Below are positions 28,656-43,994 of a stretch of 64,000 bases of DNA, one piece after another. The notes under the pieces are model-generated. The model ran no database searches. It was not told where the DNA came from and saw nothing but the letters and a program-made list of their open reading frames with translations. The translations under genes and the position numbers were made by a program. Numbering within the stretch: position 1 is the stretch's first letter; every line of letters starts with the position of its first letter. Origin of the DNA: the human T2T-CHM13v2.0 reference genome, Homo sapiens; the NCBI GenBank assembly GCA_009914755.4, contig CP086569.2, positions 8,000,001 to 8,064,000 of the forward strand, in the 5' to 3' direction.

Positions 28656-31600
28656 ACCAAGTTATATGGCACAATCTAACATGTGGGCAGAAATGAGGCA
28701 GAAGAGCTACATCACCAGGGTACAGCCCCTAGTAATGTGCTACCATGCCAAGTGAAGACAGGTATGAAGAAAAACAGAGAATCGCACCACCTGGGTGCTG
28801 GACTCAGAAATATATAATAATTCCTTCCCTTGAAAAAGTCAGGACAAAGGGGAGAGTCATGTCACCTAGGTTTTCACTTAGTGGTAGGTTACAATTTCTT
28901 TTGTGGGAAGGATCAAGGCAGGAGATAAGAGTCACATTACTTAGAAGTAATTCCACTGATATTCTAGTGGAATATCAGTGACCACCATAAACATGGCACT
29001 GGCAGCAGAGACAAAACACCTAGCCAATAGGCCTGGAGGTATATAAAAGTATTCTGTTTGCAGAGCACAGGCAGAAGAGTCACATTATCATGATTTTGAA
29101 CCTGTGATATGTAACAATGCCTTATGAAAAGGAATTAACCCAAAAAGTCTCAACCCAGAGGTACTAGGCCAAGGGATATGACAAAATCTCCTCATCTTTG
29201 AGGGTGACACCATTAACTGTTAGCTAATTGTGTATATAAGAGTCACAATCTATCCTGTTTGCTGGCCATTATATGACACTCTCTACAACATCTGAGAACT
29301 TTATACAAAATGCATGAGAGTTGCATACCTCCTTGAGGTCTAGATGCAAAATCTTTTTTGTTGCCCTAAACACAGGTATGACAGTCAACATCTCTCCTGT
29401 AGGCTGGCTTCAGGGATGAGAGTACTGTTATACCTGTGAGCTGGGTCCAGAAACGAGCCGCCATCCCACCTGTGGTCAGATTAAGCTATGAAAGTCAGAA
29501 TTCCAACTTTCTTCTGTATTCACTTCTTACAATCAGGACTTCAACAATGGGCTTTGTAAAGGTAGAATGGGAAAAACTTATACTTTCACTTGAATGTATA
29601 GTCAAGAGTTACAATATTAAATTTTTGCTGGGCCCTGTTATGAAACTCTCTGTACCACATAAGAAGTTTTTATAATATGAGTTAGTGTTGTTAATTTCCG
29701 TGAGCTTTATAAAAATATGCAATGAAGGACCTTACCTATTAACCTAAACCCAATGGTGAGAGTCAAAATATCTCCTTTTGGCTGAGTCTGAATATAAGGG
29801 TTAATCATTATGTTTTTGAATGAAGGAAAGTATATGTCATAATCCCATTTGTGGGCCAAAAAAAAAAATAGGATGTTAACATCCTTAGGACCTGTTTCAA
29901 GGAATATATCAAGGCAGGGTCTAGGAAAGACAGTCATATTAACTGAGGGCTGGAGCCAGCAATATGATACAACCACTAGTGGAGAAAATCCAGCAACGTG
30001 ATGAGAGCCAAAACACCTACACAACTGAACAGAGATACGTCAAAACACTTTCTATGGCTCTGGAACAGGCAGGAGAATCTTATCATTAGGGTGCAGGACT
30101 GAGCAGTAGGCTGTAATTTCTTCTTTATGCATGACCTAGGCAGAAGAGCAATATCATCCCAGTGCTGCAATCTGAAATACTGCAAAAGTCCTGTTTGTGG
30201 GTGTTTTTTGGCTACAAAACAAGAGCCACATTACCTAAGTGCTGGGCTCATCAATATGTCACAGTCTTCCCATTGTAAAGACCCAGACAGAAAAAAAGTC
30301 ACATCACTTAGAACATGGGCTCAGAGATATGACCCAATGTCATCAATATACAGGGCTCAGGTAGAAGAGAATCATATCACACCTAGGTGCTTCTTTATGT
30401 ACATGTCACAACCTAATATGCAGGCAAAATTATGGTGAAGAGCCACATCACCTGGTCCTGGGTTCTTAGATAATCACAAGTTCCCCTTAGAAAAGGCTCA
30501 GGCTAGAGAGTTATATCATCTAGGTGCAGGTTCCACCCTTACGTTACAAAGTTCCAAGTGGGCAGGGCCAAGTAGGATGTCATATCACCTAGATGATAGG
30601 CCCAGGGATATGTCACAAAGCCTTCCTAAAAGCATGGCCCTGGCAAAAGAGTACCATTGTGCTTGGCCTGGCAATGTGTCACTATACAAGTAGGCAGATC
30701 CCAAGCAAAAGAGCCGTATCACCTGCCTGATGGGCCCTGTGATATGTCAAAATGCCCTCTTTTGGTCATGGACCTGGCAAAATGGTATTATTACCTGTGT
30801 GCCTGGCCAAGGTATATGTCACTATATTGCCCTGTGTGTAGGGCTCATTCCAGAGAGGAGAGTTACATCTTGTAACTGATTGATGGAGTGATATGTCACA
30901 ATGATGTCTGTAGGCATGGTGCAAGCAAGAATGTAACATCATCTGGGTGCTGGATCCAATGATGTCACAATTCTTACCGAGAGCAGGTTCCAGGCAGAAG
31001 AGTCATATCACCAGGTAGACATCAAAATTCCCAATGTAGGCTGGAACCACTCTGATGAGTGAAATCACACAGGTGCTTGGCAAAGAATTATATCACTGTC
31101 ATGATAAAATAAAATTCTAGGGATTAGATTTAAAATACCACACATGTCCTGCTTTAATGTAAGACAGTTGCCTTCATCTATCTGTGATTGTGAAAATCTT
31201 TAAATCAGCTTGGAGCACATATGGGCTAAAAATTTCCTGTGGGTGCTTGGCCTTGTTATGACACTCTCTATAAAATCAAGGGTGTTATATAGTATATGTG
31301 ATGGTTTTAATATTCTGTGACCTTTTTACCAGAAGGAAATGCTGGACATCACTCATGTCCCTATACCTAGTTATGAGAGTCAACATTTCTCCTATCGGTT
31401 GAGTGTACGTATAAGAGTTATAATCTTGCCTTTGAGCTGTGCCTTGGTATAAGTCACCATCACCTCCTGTGGTTATTAAATAGTCAGGATAATTACAAAA
31501 CCTATATCCTAAGCCAGAAATATTCCAATATTATCTTTGAGACAGAAAAGTCACAAACCTTTTGTTCTAGGCCCAGCTCTATGGCATAATGCCCCTTGTG

Positions 31601-34600
31601 GAGAGTGTCCAGGCAGGAGAGTCATATCACCTGGATTATGGGCCCAGAGATATGTTACAATGCCTCCTGTTGAAAGGGTCCGGGGAAGAGACTCATGTAA
31701 TTTGGATGCAGGGCTTAGAAATGTTATACTCTTCACTAGAAGCAGGGTTGAGGCAAGAGAGGAGAGTCACATAACCTAGACTATGTGTCCAGAGATATGT
31801 TATGATCCCTTCTGAGGACACTGTGAAGACACAAGGGTCAAATCACCAAAGTCCTTGGCCCAGGTACATGTCAATATGCCATCTGTGGGCTAGAATTAGG
31901 CAGAATTATTAAATCACTCAGGAGAAAAGTAAATGTCACTATAACACCTGTGGACATGTTCAGGGATGAGAGTCATCATCCTGTATACATCTTGGCTCCA
32001 GGTACAAGAGTTGTTATTAGGCCTTTGACCTGGTCTTAGGTGTATGGCATAATATCACCTGTGGTCCAGGAGAAGAAAGGACAGCCGCATCACCTTAGTG
32101 GGTGCTGGTCTAGTGAATTATTACAATGTATTTTTGGGGCAGGACTCCGGAAGATGAGTCACATCACCAGGATACTTGTTTCAGTGATATATCTAAATCC
32201 CCACTATGGGGAGGGCTGAGGCAGGACAAGAGACAAAGTTCACATACTCAATTGGCCTGGATATATGTCACAATTTCCCCTGTGTGCACAAACATACAGG
32301 AGAGTAACCTCACCTTGGTGCTGGGTTCAGCAATGTGTCACAATCTCCCTGGTTGTCAGGGCCCAGGCAAGAGGGAAGAAACATCACCTAGGTTCTGAGA
32401 CAAGTGATATGTTACAAATTTTCCAATTGGCAGAGCCCTTGCACAAAAGAGTCACATCACCTGGGTTGAGATACCAGTTATGTGTCACAATGCACCCCAA
32501 GTGTCAGGCAAAGGCAATAGAAGGAATTCATGTCACTTACATGATGGACCATGATAAAAGCCACAATGCTCCTTGTAGGCAGGGTTCAGGCCAATATTTC
32601 ACATCAGCTGGGTGCTTGTCTCAGTAATACGAAAAAGTGCCCTCTGTCACATTGCCAAACAAGATGTTGTATATTGCATATATGCTTGATGCATATATGT
32701 CACAATTTCAACAGCGGTCTGGGCCTACAAAGGAGAGACAAAACACTCAGATGCTGGACAAAGTCATACTTCTCAATTACACAGTCAAAAATGTTCAGAA
32801 ATAAGTTTTACAGTCCCACAGAAGTCCTGGCTTCTGGTATGAAAGTCAACAGCTCCTATGATTTGGGTCAAAGTACAGGAGTCACAATCTGAACAATGGG
32901 CAATATCCCTGTATAAGAACCCCAGTTCCACTTGAAGACTGTTCCAAGAGATGAGTCAAAGCACTACAGGTATGCTGAATTATGGTTGAAACATCATCAA
33001 ACTACCCATGGATCAAATTCATGTATGAGAATACAACTTTAAGCTTTGACTGCTTATGTGTGTGATATTTAGTATCTCACTCATAGGCTCTGTTTATTTG
33101 TGAGAATGACAACTGTGTCAGCTGGGTGTGGATCCAAGAGTCACAATAGCCACTTGGTTGCTGGTGTCTGTTATGACACTTTTTGTACCACTCAGACCTT
33201 ATATAATATGTCTAAGTAGCATATTTTTCTGTAAATATTTACAGGTGGGAGATCTAGGACTTTACCCATGGTCCTAAGACTAGCTATGATAGTTGAAGTA
33301 TCATTCCTGGCTGGGACTAGGTATGAGAGTTATTATTGTGAATATGAGCTGAAGAAGGGTAGCACAACTTAGGTGTTGTGCCAAGCAATATGTCACAATG
33401 CTCTCTTTAGGCAGGGTCCAGTAATTAGTGTTACATTAACTGGGTGCTGGACCCAGCAATATGACACAATCCCAATGTGGGGGGCGGGGAACAGAAAAGT
33501 AATGAGAGCAAAAGAGCAAAAACACCTACAGAATAGGCCCACAATATGTGAAAATACTTTCTGTCACTCTGGCACAGGGAGGAGAGTTACATCATCAGGG
33601 CGTGGGGCCCAGAAATATGCCCTAATTATCTCCTTAGGCAGGAGTGAGGTAGAAAAGAAATATCATCTGGTTCCTGGCCCCTGCCAATATGTCAAAATTT
33701 CTTTTCATGGGCATGGTTCAGAAGCAAAAGTAGAGTCATATTGCATAAGTATTAGCCTTAGCGATATGCCACAACACCCCATTGTTAAGGCTCAGGGAGA
33801 AGAAAAGAGTCACTTCAATTAAAAAACAATCTTACATATATAGTCCAATGGCCCAAGTAAGCGGGGATCTGGCAGTAGAGAGGAGTCATATCACCTAGGT
33901 GCTTCACTAGGTATATGACATAATCTAACATGTGAGGTGAAAGGAGGTAGAGGAGCCACATCACCTTGATGCTGGGTTCTTAGATGTGTCACCAGGCTCC
34001 CTTAGGACAGGACCCAGGCAAGACTGTTACAACAAATAGATGCAGGTTCCACACTTATGTCACAAGGCTCCATGTGATCAGGGCCCAAGAAGTAAGTCAT
34101 ACCACCTAGATGACAGGCCCAGAATTATGTCACAATGTCCTCTTTGAGGCATAACCCTGTTGAAAGAGTGTGATCACCTGGATGCCTAGCCTAGCAATAG
34201 GACACCATCCAGGGAAAGCAGGACCCAAAAGGAGAGCAACATAACTTAGGTGATAGGCCAAGCGATTTTTCACAATGTCCCTCTTAGGACATGGGCCTAG
34301 CATAGGAGTGCCATACCCTGTGTGCCTGGCCCAGCTGTATGTTACTATTCCCCACTGTGTGAAAGGCCCATTCTAATGAGGAGAGTTATGTCACCCAAGT
34401 GGTTGACATAGTGAAATGTCACAATAATTTCTGTGGGCATGGCTCAGGAAAATGTAATATGACCTGGGTGCTGGATCTGGAGATATGTCATGATTCTTAC
34501 AGACAGCAGGGCCCAGGAAGGAGAGAAATATCACCCAGAGGTGGGTGGATACCACAATAACATATGTGGGCAGAAACCAGTATGGAGTGTCAGATCACAC

Positions 34601-37600
34601 AAAAACTCTACAAATACTTATATTACAATCACACTTGCAGAAAATTCCCAAAAGGAGATTTACAATATCACACCTGTCCTGTTTTCATGAGTGAGAGTTG
34701 GCTTCATATATGTGAGATGGTGACAGTTCTTACTGTCAGCAGGGTGTGCATATGCGACTCACAATTTCACCTTTTCTGCTGGGTTCTGTTATGACACTCT
34801 CTGTATAAGCCAAAGAGTTTAAGAAATATCTGAGACTGTTGTAATCTTATTTGAACTTTTTTTTTACCAGAAAGATATTTAATCACTCTTGTTACTAAAG
34901 CAAGTTATGAGAGTCAAAATTACTCCTTTTTGTGGGGTCTACATATAAGAGTCATTATCATGCCTGTGAGCTGTGCCTAGGTATATGCCATAATTTACTC
35001 TATGGTAATGAAACAGACAACACAGACAAGTCACCTAAATGCTGAGCCAGAAATTTTCATATATTCTCCTTGTAAGCAACTCCCTAGAAGAAAAGTTGCA
35101 TGTCTTGGGTTTACACTGAGATGTATGGCATAATGCCCCTTGTGGGCAATGTCTAGAAGGAAAAAGAGACTCATATCACCTAAACGATAGGCCCAAAGCT
35201 ATGTCAAAACTTCTCCTGTTGAAAGGACCCGGCAAGAAAGTCATATGAATTTGATGCAGTGCTTGGAAATGCTACAATCCCCAGTGGAATCAGGGTCTAG
35301 GAAGGAGAGTCAGGTAACAAGATGATGAGTCCAGCAACATGTAGCAGTCCTCCCTGAGGATATTGTTAACACAACAGAGTCAAATCACCAAGGTGCCCAG
35401 CTGAGGTAAGTGTCCAAATGTGTGGGTTGCACTTAAGCAGAATATTCAATCACTCATGAGCTGGGCAAAGGTATATGTCACAATAACACTGGTGGAAAAT
35501 TCCAGGAATCAGAATCATCATCATGCGTATAACCTGGCTCCAGGTTTAAGAAGAATGATTAGTCCTTTGATCTGCTCTCAGGTATATGGCACAATATCAC
35601 CTGTGGGAAGAGGAAAAGCAGGAAGGTCACGTCACCTGGGTAGGTGCTGGTGCAATGAAATGTCACAATTCTTGTAGGCAGAATCCTGAAAGAAGGGTCA
35701 TATCATATGGATGCTGGTTTAAGTAATATACCAAAATTCCACCTGTGGGTAATGCTTAAAATTAGAGTAGACTCAATTCATCTAGGCGACCGACCTAGAT
35801 ATGTCACAATAGCTTCTATGTCCAGGACCAAGGTATTGAAATGACCTCACCTTGGCACTGGGGTTAGCAATATGTCACAATATCCCCTGTGTTCAGGGTG
35901 AGGCAAGAGAGGAGAAACATAACCTAGCTGCTGAGCCAAGGGATAGGTTACAAAGATTCCTGTTGGCATAATCCAAAACACAGAGTCCAATCACCTGGGT
36001 GCAGTACCTAGTTTTGTGTCACAATGCACCGTAAGTTCAGGGCCAAGAGAGTAGAAAGGAGTCACATCACTTATGTGATGGGCCTAGATATAAGCCCAAA
36101 TACTATTTACAGGCAGGAATCAGGTAAATAATTCACATTACCTGAGTGCTGGTTCTAGTGATATGTAAAAGTGCCTTTTGTAGGCAGGCCCAGGCACCTA
36201 GACTTAGGTGTATACTCCACATATGTCACAATTTTATCTGTGGTCATGGTCTAAAAAGGAGAGTAAAATTATTCAGGAGCTGGGCTAACTTTTATGTCCT
36301 AATCACACACTAAGCAATATTCAGAAATAAGTTACACAGTCCCACACAAGTCCTGACTTTGAGTATGTGAGTTCATATCTCCTATGAGTTGGTCAAAGCT
36401 GAGAAGTCACAATCTCAACAATGGGCAAGATCCATATATTAGATGCCCAATCCCACATGAAGATTGTGCTTCAGTAAGGGAGTCGTGGAACCTCAGTTGC
36501 TGAATTATGCATCACCAAGTGACCTCTGTGTCAGATCTGTGTATGTGATGACCAATTTCAACTTTCAACTGCTCTTTTTTTTGTGAGATTTAGAACCTTA
36601 CTTCTGGGCCCTGTTCTTGTGAGAGAATGACAATCAGGTAAGATGAGTGTGCATCCAAGAGTCACAATCACACCTGGTTTCAGTTCTGTGTTATGATACT
36701 TTTTGTACCACTCAGGTTTAATGTGATATGCCTGAGTGTCATAATCCTCTGTGAACTTTATACAGTTAGGAGACCCATTACTTTACTTATGGTCATAATA
36801 TTAGCTATGAGAGTCAAAATTTCTTTCTCTTCTGGGTCTAGGTATGACAGTTATTTGTGATGTGAGCTGAACAAAGGTATATGTCACAAATTCACCTGTG
36901 TACAGAAACAAGGCAGGAGAGTTTCATCACCTGGATTCTGAAGTCAAGATACCTTACAAACTCCTTTGCAGGCCAGGCCAAGCCAGAAGAGTCACATCGC
37001 CTTGGTACAGCCTCAAATAATATGGCACCATGTCCACTGTAGACAGGTTTGTAGAAAAAGTGGAGAGTTACACCACCTAGGTCCTGGGCTCAGCATTATG
37101 TAATAATCTCCTCTTCTGGCAGACTCCAGAATAAAGAGGAACATTGCATTACCTTGTTTTCCACTCATCAGTATATTATAATTCCTTCAGTGGGCAAAAC
37201 CTAGACAGAAGACAAGAGTCACATTTCTTAGATGCTACATTCAACGATGTCACAAAGTTCCTTGAGGGTAAAGCACATGCAAAATAGACAAATCACCTAG
37301 TTGATAGGGTTGGAGATATGTGATAATATCCCTTTTTGGCAGAACCCAGAGAGAAGAGTCACATTATTATGATACTGACCCAATGATATGTCGCAATGCA
37401 CACATGGGAAACAATTTAAGCAAAATTTTAACATCTAAGTACTAGACCCAGTAATATGATGCAATCTTTTCATCTTTGAGGATGACACCGTTAAGTGCTA
37501 GCTTGGTGTATATATGAGTCACAATGTCACGTGTGTGCTGGGTCATGATATGACACACTCTACAACATCCAAAGGCTTTATATAGCATGCAAGACAGTCA

Positions 37601-40600
37601 GAGACTACTCTGACGCCCACTGGCTTATGAGAACTGACAATCTTAAATACTGCCTTAAACCCAGGTATGATAGTCAACATCTACCATTTAGGCTGAGTTC
37701 AGAAATAAGACTCATTTTTATACCTGTGAGCCTTGTCCAAAATGAGTCATGATCACACCTGTGGCCAGATCCACATATGAGAGTCACAATTCCCCCTTGG
37801 TACTGTTTTCCCTTGTCAGACTCAGTAACTCAACAGTGTGCTTTCTAAACGTGGTATGATGACAACTTTTACTTTTACCTGGCTGTGTAATTTAGATTCA
37901 CAATCTTAACTTTTTGCTGGGCCTTGTTATGTAACTCTCTGTACCACCAAAAGGAGTTTATACAATATGAGTCAGTGTTGAAAACTTCTGTGAACTTTGT
38001 ACAAATTTGAAACCCAGCATTCTACCTGTTACCTTACTCATAGTGATGAGAGATAAAATCTCTCCTATTGACTAGATTCCATTATAAATTTGACCATCAT
38101 GCCTGTGAACTGAAGCAAGGCATATATCATAATCCCATTTGTGGACAAAAGTTAGGAATAGAGTAACATCACTTAACTTAAATGATGTGGCAAGAAATAT
38201 GTCACAATACCGTTTCTAGGAGGATATGTCAAAATACACTCTGTGGTTCTGACACAGGCAGGACACTAGTATCTTCAGGGTGCTAGGCCCACCAGTCTGA
38301 CATAAATCCCTCTTCATTCAGGAATCTGGCAGAAGAGTGACATCATCTGGGGGAATAGGACAAAATTTCCCTTAGTGGGCATAGTTCAGAATAAAGAAGA
38401 GAGTCACATGACCTAAATGCAACGCTTAGCAATATGTCACAATGCCACCATTTTAAAGGCACAGGTAGGGGAAAAGAGTCATATCCCTTAGGTCATGGGC
38501 TTAGTGATATGTCTCAATGTCCTGAGTAGGCAGGGCACAGTAGACAAGAAGAGTCACATCGCCTAGGTGCTTCCCTAGGAATATATCACAATGTAACATG
38601 TGGGCAGAAACCAGGCAAAATAGCCAGATCACTTGGGTGCTGGGTCTTGATATATGTCACTAGGCTCTGTTAGGACAGCACCTGGGCAAGAGAGTTACAT
38701 CACCCTGGTGCAGGTTCTCTGCTCATGCCTACAATATGTGTAGGGCCCAAGGAGGGAGTCATTTCACCTAGGTGATAGGCCCAGAGATCTATCACAATGT
38801 CCACTATGAAGCATAGACCTGGCAAAAGAGTACCATCACCTGTGTCCATGGTATAGAAATATGCCAGTCTCCAGGTTGGCAGGGTAAAAGCAGGAGAGCC
38901 ACATAACCTAGGTGATAGGCCCAGAGATTTGTCACGATGCCCTCCTTCTGTCATAGCTCTGGCAAAAAATATCTTCACCTGTGTGCCTTTCCTTGCATTA
39001 CATAACAATCCTTTCTTTGTGCAGGGTCCATTACAGAGAGGAGAATTACCTCCTATGAGGTAGACACAAAACTATGTCACAATAATCTTGTTGGGGATGG
39101 TGCAGGCAAGAAAGTAACATCACCTGGGTGCTAGATCCAGTGATATATCACAATACATACTGAGGGAAGGGCCCAGGCAGGAGAGTCACATCACCTCTAG
39201 GTTGGCCTCAATAGATATCACAATCCCATATATGCGCCTGAACAACTCTGGATAGCCAAAATACCCAGGTGCTTTGCAAAGATTTATATCACGATCACAG
39301 TCTCAGAAAATTTCACAGATGATATTTACAATATCACACGTTTTGCTTTTATGTGTGACAGTTGGCTTCATCCATGTGAAATGATGACAGTCCTTACTGT
39401 TCAGCTGGGTGTGCATACAAGAAACAGAATTTTGCCTGTGGGCAGAGTCCTACTATGACTCTGTCTGTAGAACTCAAAGACTTTGTAAAATATATGTAAG
39501 TATTGTAATCTTTTGTAACCCTTGTACAATAAGGTGATCTAGGATATCACACATGTCCCTAAACTTGGTTACAAGAGTCAAAATATCCTCTACTGGCTGA
39601 CTCCCCATAGAAGAGTCATTATCAAGCCTGTGAGCCATACCTAGGTATATGTTCCACTTCCCTCTGTGGTTGTGAGGCAGGCAGAACAAATACATCACCT
39701 AAATGCTGGGCCAAAAATATTCCAATATTCCCTTTTTAGATGGGGTCCTGTCCAAAATGTCACAAAATTTGTGTGCTAGGATCAGCTCTATGACACAATG
39801 TCCCTTGTGGGCAGTTTCCAGGCAGAAGATGAGAGTCATATGATCTAAATGATCAGCCCAAAAATATGTTACAATGCCTCCTGTTGGCAGGGCCCAGGCA
39901 AAAATTTCATATCATTTGGATGCAGTTTTTAGAAATGCTGCAATTACCAAAGGAAGCATGGTACAGGCAGGAGAGGAGAGTCATGAAATGCAGATGATGG
40001 GCCCAGAAATATGATACAATCTACCCTAAGGACATTGTTAAGATACCAAGAGTCAAATCACTAAGGTGCTTGTCTCAGGTATTTGTCAAAATCTCATTTG
40101 TGGGCTACACTTGAGCAGAATTATTAAGTCACTCAGGAGCTGGTGAAAGGTATATGTCACAATTACATTTGTGGAAATGTCTAAGAATAAGGGTCACCAT
40201 CATGCACATATCCTGGATCCCGGCATATGAGTTGTTATTAGGCTCTTGTTATGGTCTTTAGTATATGGCACAATATGACCTGTTGCCAGAGAGAAGGCAA
40301 GAAAATCACATCACACACGTGAGTGCAGGTCCATTGAGATGTCACAATCAACCTTATGGGCAGGACCCTGGCAGAAGTGTCACATAATCTGGTTTCTGGT
40401 TTTAATGTCATATCAAAATCTCCTCTGTGGGCAGAAATTTGGCAGAAGAGGAGACACACTTCACCTAGGGAATCAACCTAGATATATGTCACAATGGCCA
40501 ATATGTGCACTACCAAGGCTGGAGAGTGACCTCACTTTGGTGCTGGGCAAGAAATATGTCACAATCTCCTTGTGGACAGGTTCCACTGAAAAGCAAAGAA

Positions 40601-41516
40601 ACAACACCTATGTGCTGAGCCAAGTGATATGTTCCAATGCTTCCTGTGGGCACAACCCCAAAAGGAGAATCATGGCACATTTGTGCAGTACTGAATTACG
40701 TGTCACAATGCGCTGTTTGCGCAGGGCCAAGGCAATAGAAGGAAGTCATATCACTTGCATGATGGACGTAGATACAAAACACAATTATTTTTGTAGGTAG
40801 GTTTCAGGCAGACAATTCACATCACCTGGGTGATGGTCCCGGTGATACATAAAATTTATCTTTATGGACAGAACAAAGGAAGATGGTGTTTATTCTATAT
40901 ATGGTACAATTTCATCTGTGTCCTGGGCCTAGAAAAGACAGTCAAATTATTCCTGTGCTGGGCAAAATTAACCTGTGACAATCACACTCTCAGAAAGGTT
41001 CAGAAAGAATTTTTACATCACACAGAAGTCCTGGCTTTTTTTAGGTGAGTCAAATCTTTCTATGAGTTGGGCCGAAGTAGAAGAGTCACAATCTCAACCT
41101 TGGGCAAAATCCATGTATAAAAGCCCAAATCTCACTTGAAGATTGTGTTCCAGCAGGGGAGTCAGAGCACCACATGGGTGCTGAATAATGGTTCAAATAT
41201 TACCAATCCACCTGTGAATCAGATCCATGTGTGAGAGCTATTATTTCAATCTTCAACTTCTTTTTATGTGTGAGATTAAGGACCTCATGCCTAGGTCCTG
41301 TTGATGTTTGAGAATAACAATCGTGTCAGCTAGGTCTGCATATAAGAGTCACATTCTCACCTGGTTGCTGGTCTCTGTTATGACACTCTTTGCACAATTA
41401 AGGCTTTATATGATATACCTGAGTCTTATAATCCTTTGTGAACTTTATACAAGTGAAAAACCCAGGACTTTACCCCTGGCTATGATATTGGCCATGATAT
41501 TCAAAATATCTCTACT

Positions 41517-41808
41517 GGGCCAGGCGTGGTGGCTCACGTCTGTAATTCCAGCACTTTGGGAGGCCAAGGCGGGTAGATCACAAGGTGAGGAGATTGAGAC
41601 CATCCTGGCTAACATGGTGAAACCCCATCTCTACTAAAAAATACAAAAAATTAGCCAGGCGTGGTAGTGGGCACCCGTAGTCCCAGCTACTCAGGAGGCT
41701 GAGGCAGGAGAATGGCGTGAACCAAGGAGGCAGAGCTTTCAGGGACCAGAGATCGCACCACTGCACTCCAGCCTGGCCTACAGAGCGATACTCTGTCTTA
41801 AAAAAATA
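41517..41808 (+). mobile_element. Alu (AluS/Y-like), plus orientation, with imperfect target-site duplication in satellite
   Basis: ggccaggcgtggtggctcacgtctgtaattccagcactttgggaggccaaggcgggtagatcacaaggtgaggagattgagaccatcctggctaacatggtgaaacc...gtcttaaaaaaataaa. Flanks aaatatctctactgg | Alu | aaatctattggctaagtccaggt. Other units read uninterrupted caaaatatctctactggctgggtccaggt. Confidence 0.9.
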
Positions 41809-43694
41809 AATCTATTGGCTAAGTCCAGGTTTGTGAGTTACTATAGTGATTGTGTACTTAACCAAGGTACATGTCACAATTTCACCTGTGAGAAGGCACA
41901 AGGCAAGAGAGTCACATCACATGGGTGCTGAGCCAGTGATACAGTATAATCTCATTTGTAGGCTGGGCCTAATGTGAAGAGTCACATCACCTGGGTAAAG
42001 CCTCAAATACTATGTCACCAAGCTCACTATAGAGAAGGAAGAGAAAAAAGGAGAGAATTATTCCACCTAGGTACTGGGATCTGCAATATGTAATAATTCC
42101 TTCTCTTGCCAGAGCCTAGAATATGAAGGACAGTCACATAACCTAGGTTTTGCAATCAGCAGCATGTCACAACTTCTGTGGTGAGCAGGACCCAGGCGGG
42201 AGAGGAGAGTCACATTATCTGGATGTTAAGTCAAACAACATTTTACAATGTCCTCTGGAGGCACAGTACAGGCAGGGGAGACAAATCACCTAGCCTATAG
42301 CCCAAGAGATATGTGATAATATCCCCTGTTTTCAGGGTTCAGGCAGAAGAGTCACATTATTATGATTCTAACCAGTGATATGTAACAATGCACCCATGAG
42401 AAGATATTTAAGCCAAAAATCCTCAACACCTGGGTATTAAGTGAAATAATTTGCCAAATCTTTTCATCCTTGAGAATGATACTATTAACTGTGAGCTGGA
42501 TGTGCATATTAGAATCACAATCTTATGTTTTTCCTTGGCCATTGTATGAAACTCTACACATTCAAAAGCTTTATCCAGCATCAATCAGTGTTGCAAACCA
42601 CTTTGAAGCCTACGTGCTCATACGAATTCATGATCTTGTAATTGCCCTAAACCGAGGTATAATATTCAATATCTTTATTGTAGGCTGCATTCAGGGATGA
42701 GACTCATTATTATTCCTGTGAGCTAGATTAGGGATTAAGGCACCATCCCACCTGTGGCCAGATTCACATATGAAGGTCACTATTCCAACTTTGCTCTGTA
42801 TTAACTTATTAGTCTCATGATCTTAACAGTGGGCTTTGGACATGTGGGATTGTGACAACATTTGCTTTCACCTGGATATATATATAGGAATTCCAATCTG
42901 AACTTTTTGTTGGTCACTATCATGAAACTCTCTGTACCACATAAGGAGTTTATACATTAAGAGTTAGTGTTGTAATGTTCTCTGAGCTTGGTACAAATAT
43001 GCAACTCAGGACTTTACCTATTCCCGTTAGCCTAGTATTGAAAGGCAAAATATCTTCTATAGGATGAATCCCAGTATAAGTTTGAAAATCATGCCAGTGA
43101 ACTGAAGTAATGCATATGTGATGCATTTTGGGGAAAAAACCTAGGTGGGAGGGTAACATCACTTAGGTGCTAGCTATGCCAAGCAATATGTTAAAATGCC
43201 CTCTCTAGGCAGAAAATAGGAATGAGAGTCACATTAAATGTGTGCTGGACTCAGGAATATGACACCATCCAACATGAGGGAAAAAGCAGGCAAGTTATGA
43301 GAGCCAAAACACCTACATAATTGGCCTAGGATATGTCAAAATACCTTCTGTGTCTCTGGCATAGGCATGAGAGTCACATTATCAGGGTGTAGCATTTATA
43401 GTAGGTAGGACAGAGGCAGAAAAGGAGAGTCATTTCTCCTAGGAGTTTCCATAGTTACATGTCACAATCTAACATGGGAGCAGTAATAAGGCAGAAGTGC
43501 CACATTACCCGTGTACAACCTCAAATAATATGTCACCATAGCTAATGTAGACAGGTTTGAAGAGAAAAAAGAGAAGCACACCACCTGGTTGCTCTGCTCA
43601 GCAATATATAGTAATTCCCTCTCATGGCTGAACCCAGGACAAAGAGAAGAATCATGTCACCTAGGTTTTGCAGTACTGGTATGTCACAATTTCT

Positions 43695-43994
43695 TTTTTT
43701 TAAATTTTATTATTATTATACTTTAAGTTTTAGGGTACATGTGCACAATGTACAGGTTTTTTACATATGTATACATGTACCATGTTGGTGTGCTGCACCC
43801 ATTAACTCGTCATTTAGCATTAGGTATATCTCCTAATGCTATCCTTCCCCGCTCCCCCACCCCACAACAATCCCCAGAGTGTGATGTTCCCCTTCCTGTG
43901 TCCATGTGTTCTCATTGTTCAATTCCCACCTATGAGTGAGAATATGCGGTGTTTGGTTTTTTTGTCCTTGCGATAGTTCGCTGAGAATGATGGA
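43695..43994 (-). mobile_element. Severely 5'-truncated L1 (3'UTR end only, ~300 bp), minus orientation, with ~21 bp target-site duplication
   Basis: Poly-T then ttattatactttaagttttagggtacatgtgcacaatgtacaggtttt...ggtgtgctgcacccattaact..., the reverse complement of the L1 3' end. Identical actggtatgtcacaatttctt on both sides (43675-43694 and 43995-44015). Confidence 0.9.

Noticed and set aside
33373-33822. Longest satellite-embedded ORFs in the track (149 aa at 33373-33822, 153 aa at 40339-40800, 141 aa at 45229-45654, 126 aa at 3515-3895)
   Set aside because: They lie wholly within the tandem repeat (or within L1 antisense at 3515). Their translations are rich in repeated HLGxxxxYV/CHN motifs produced by the monomer itself, and equivalent frames in neighbouring units are interrupted by stops.
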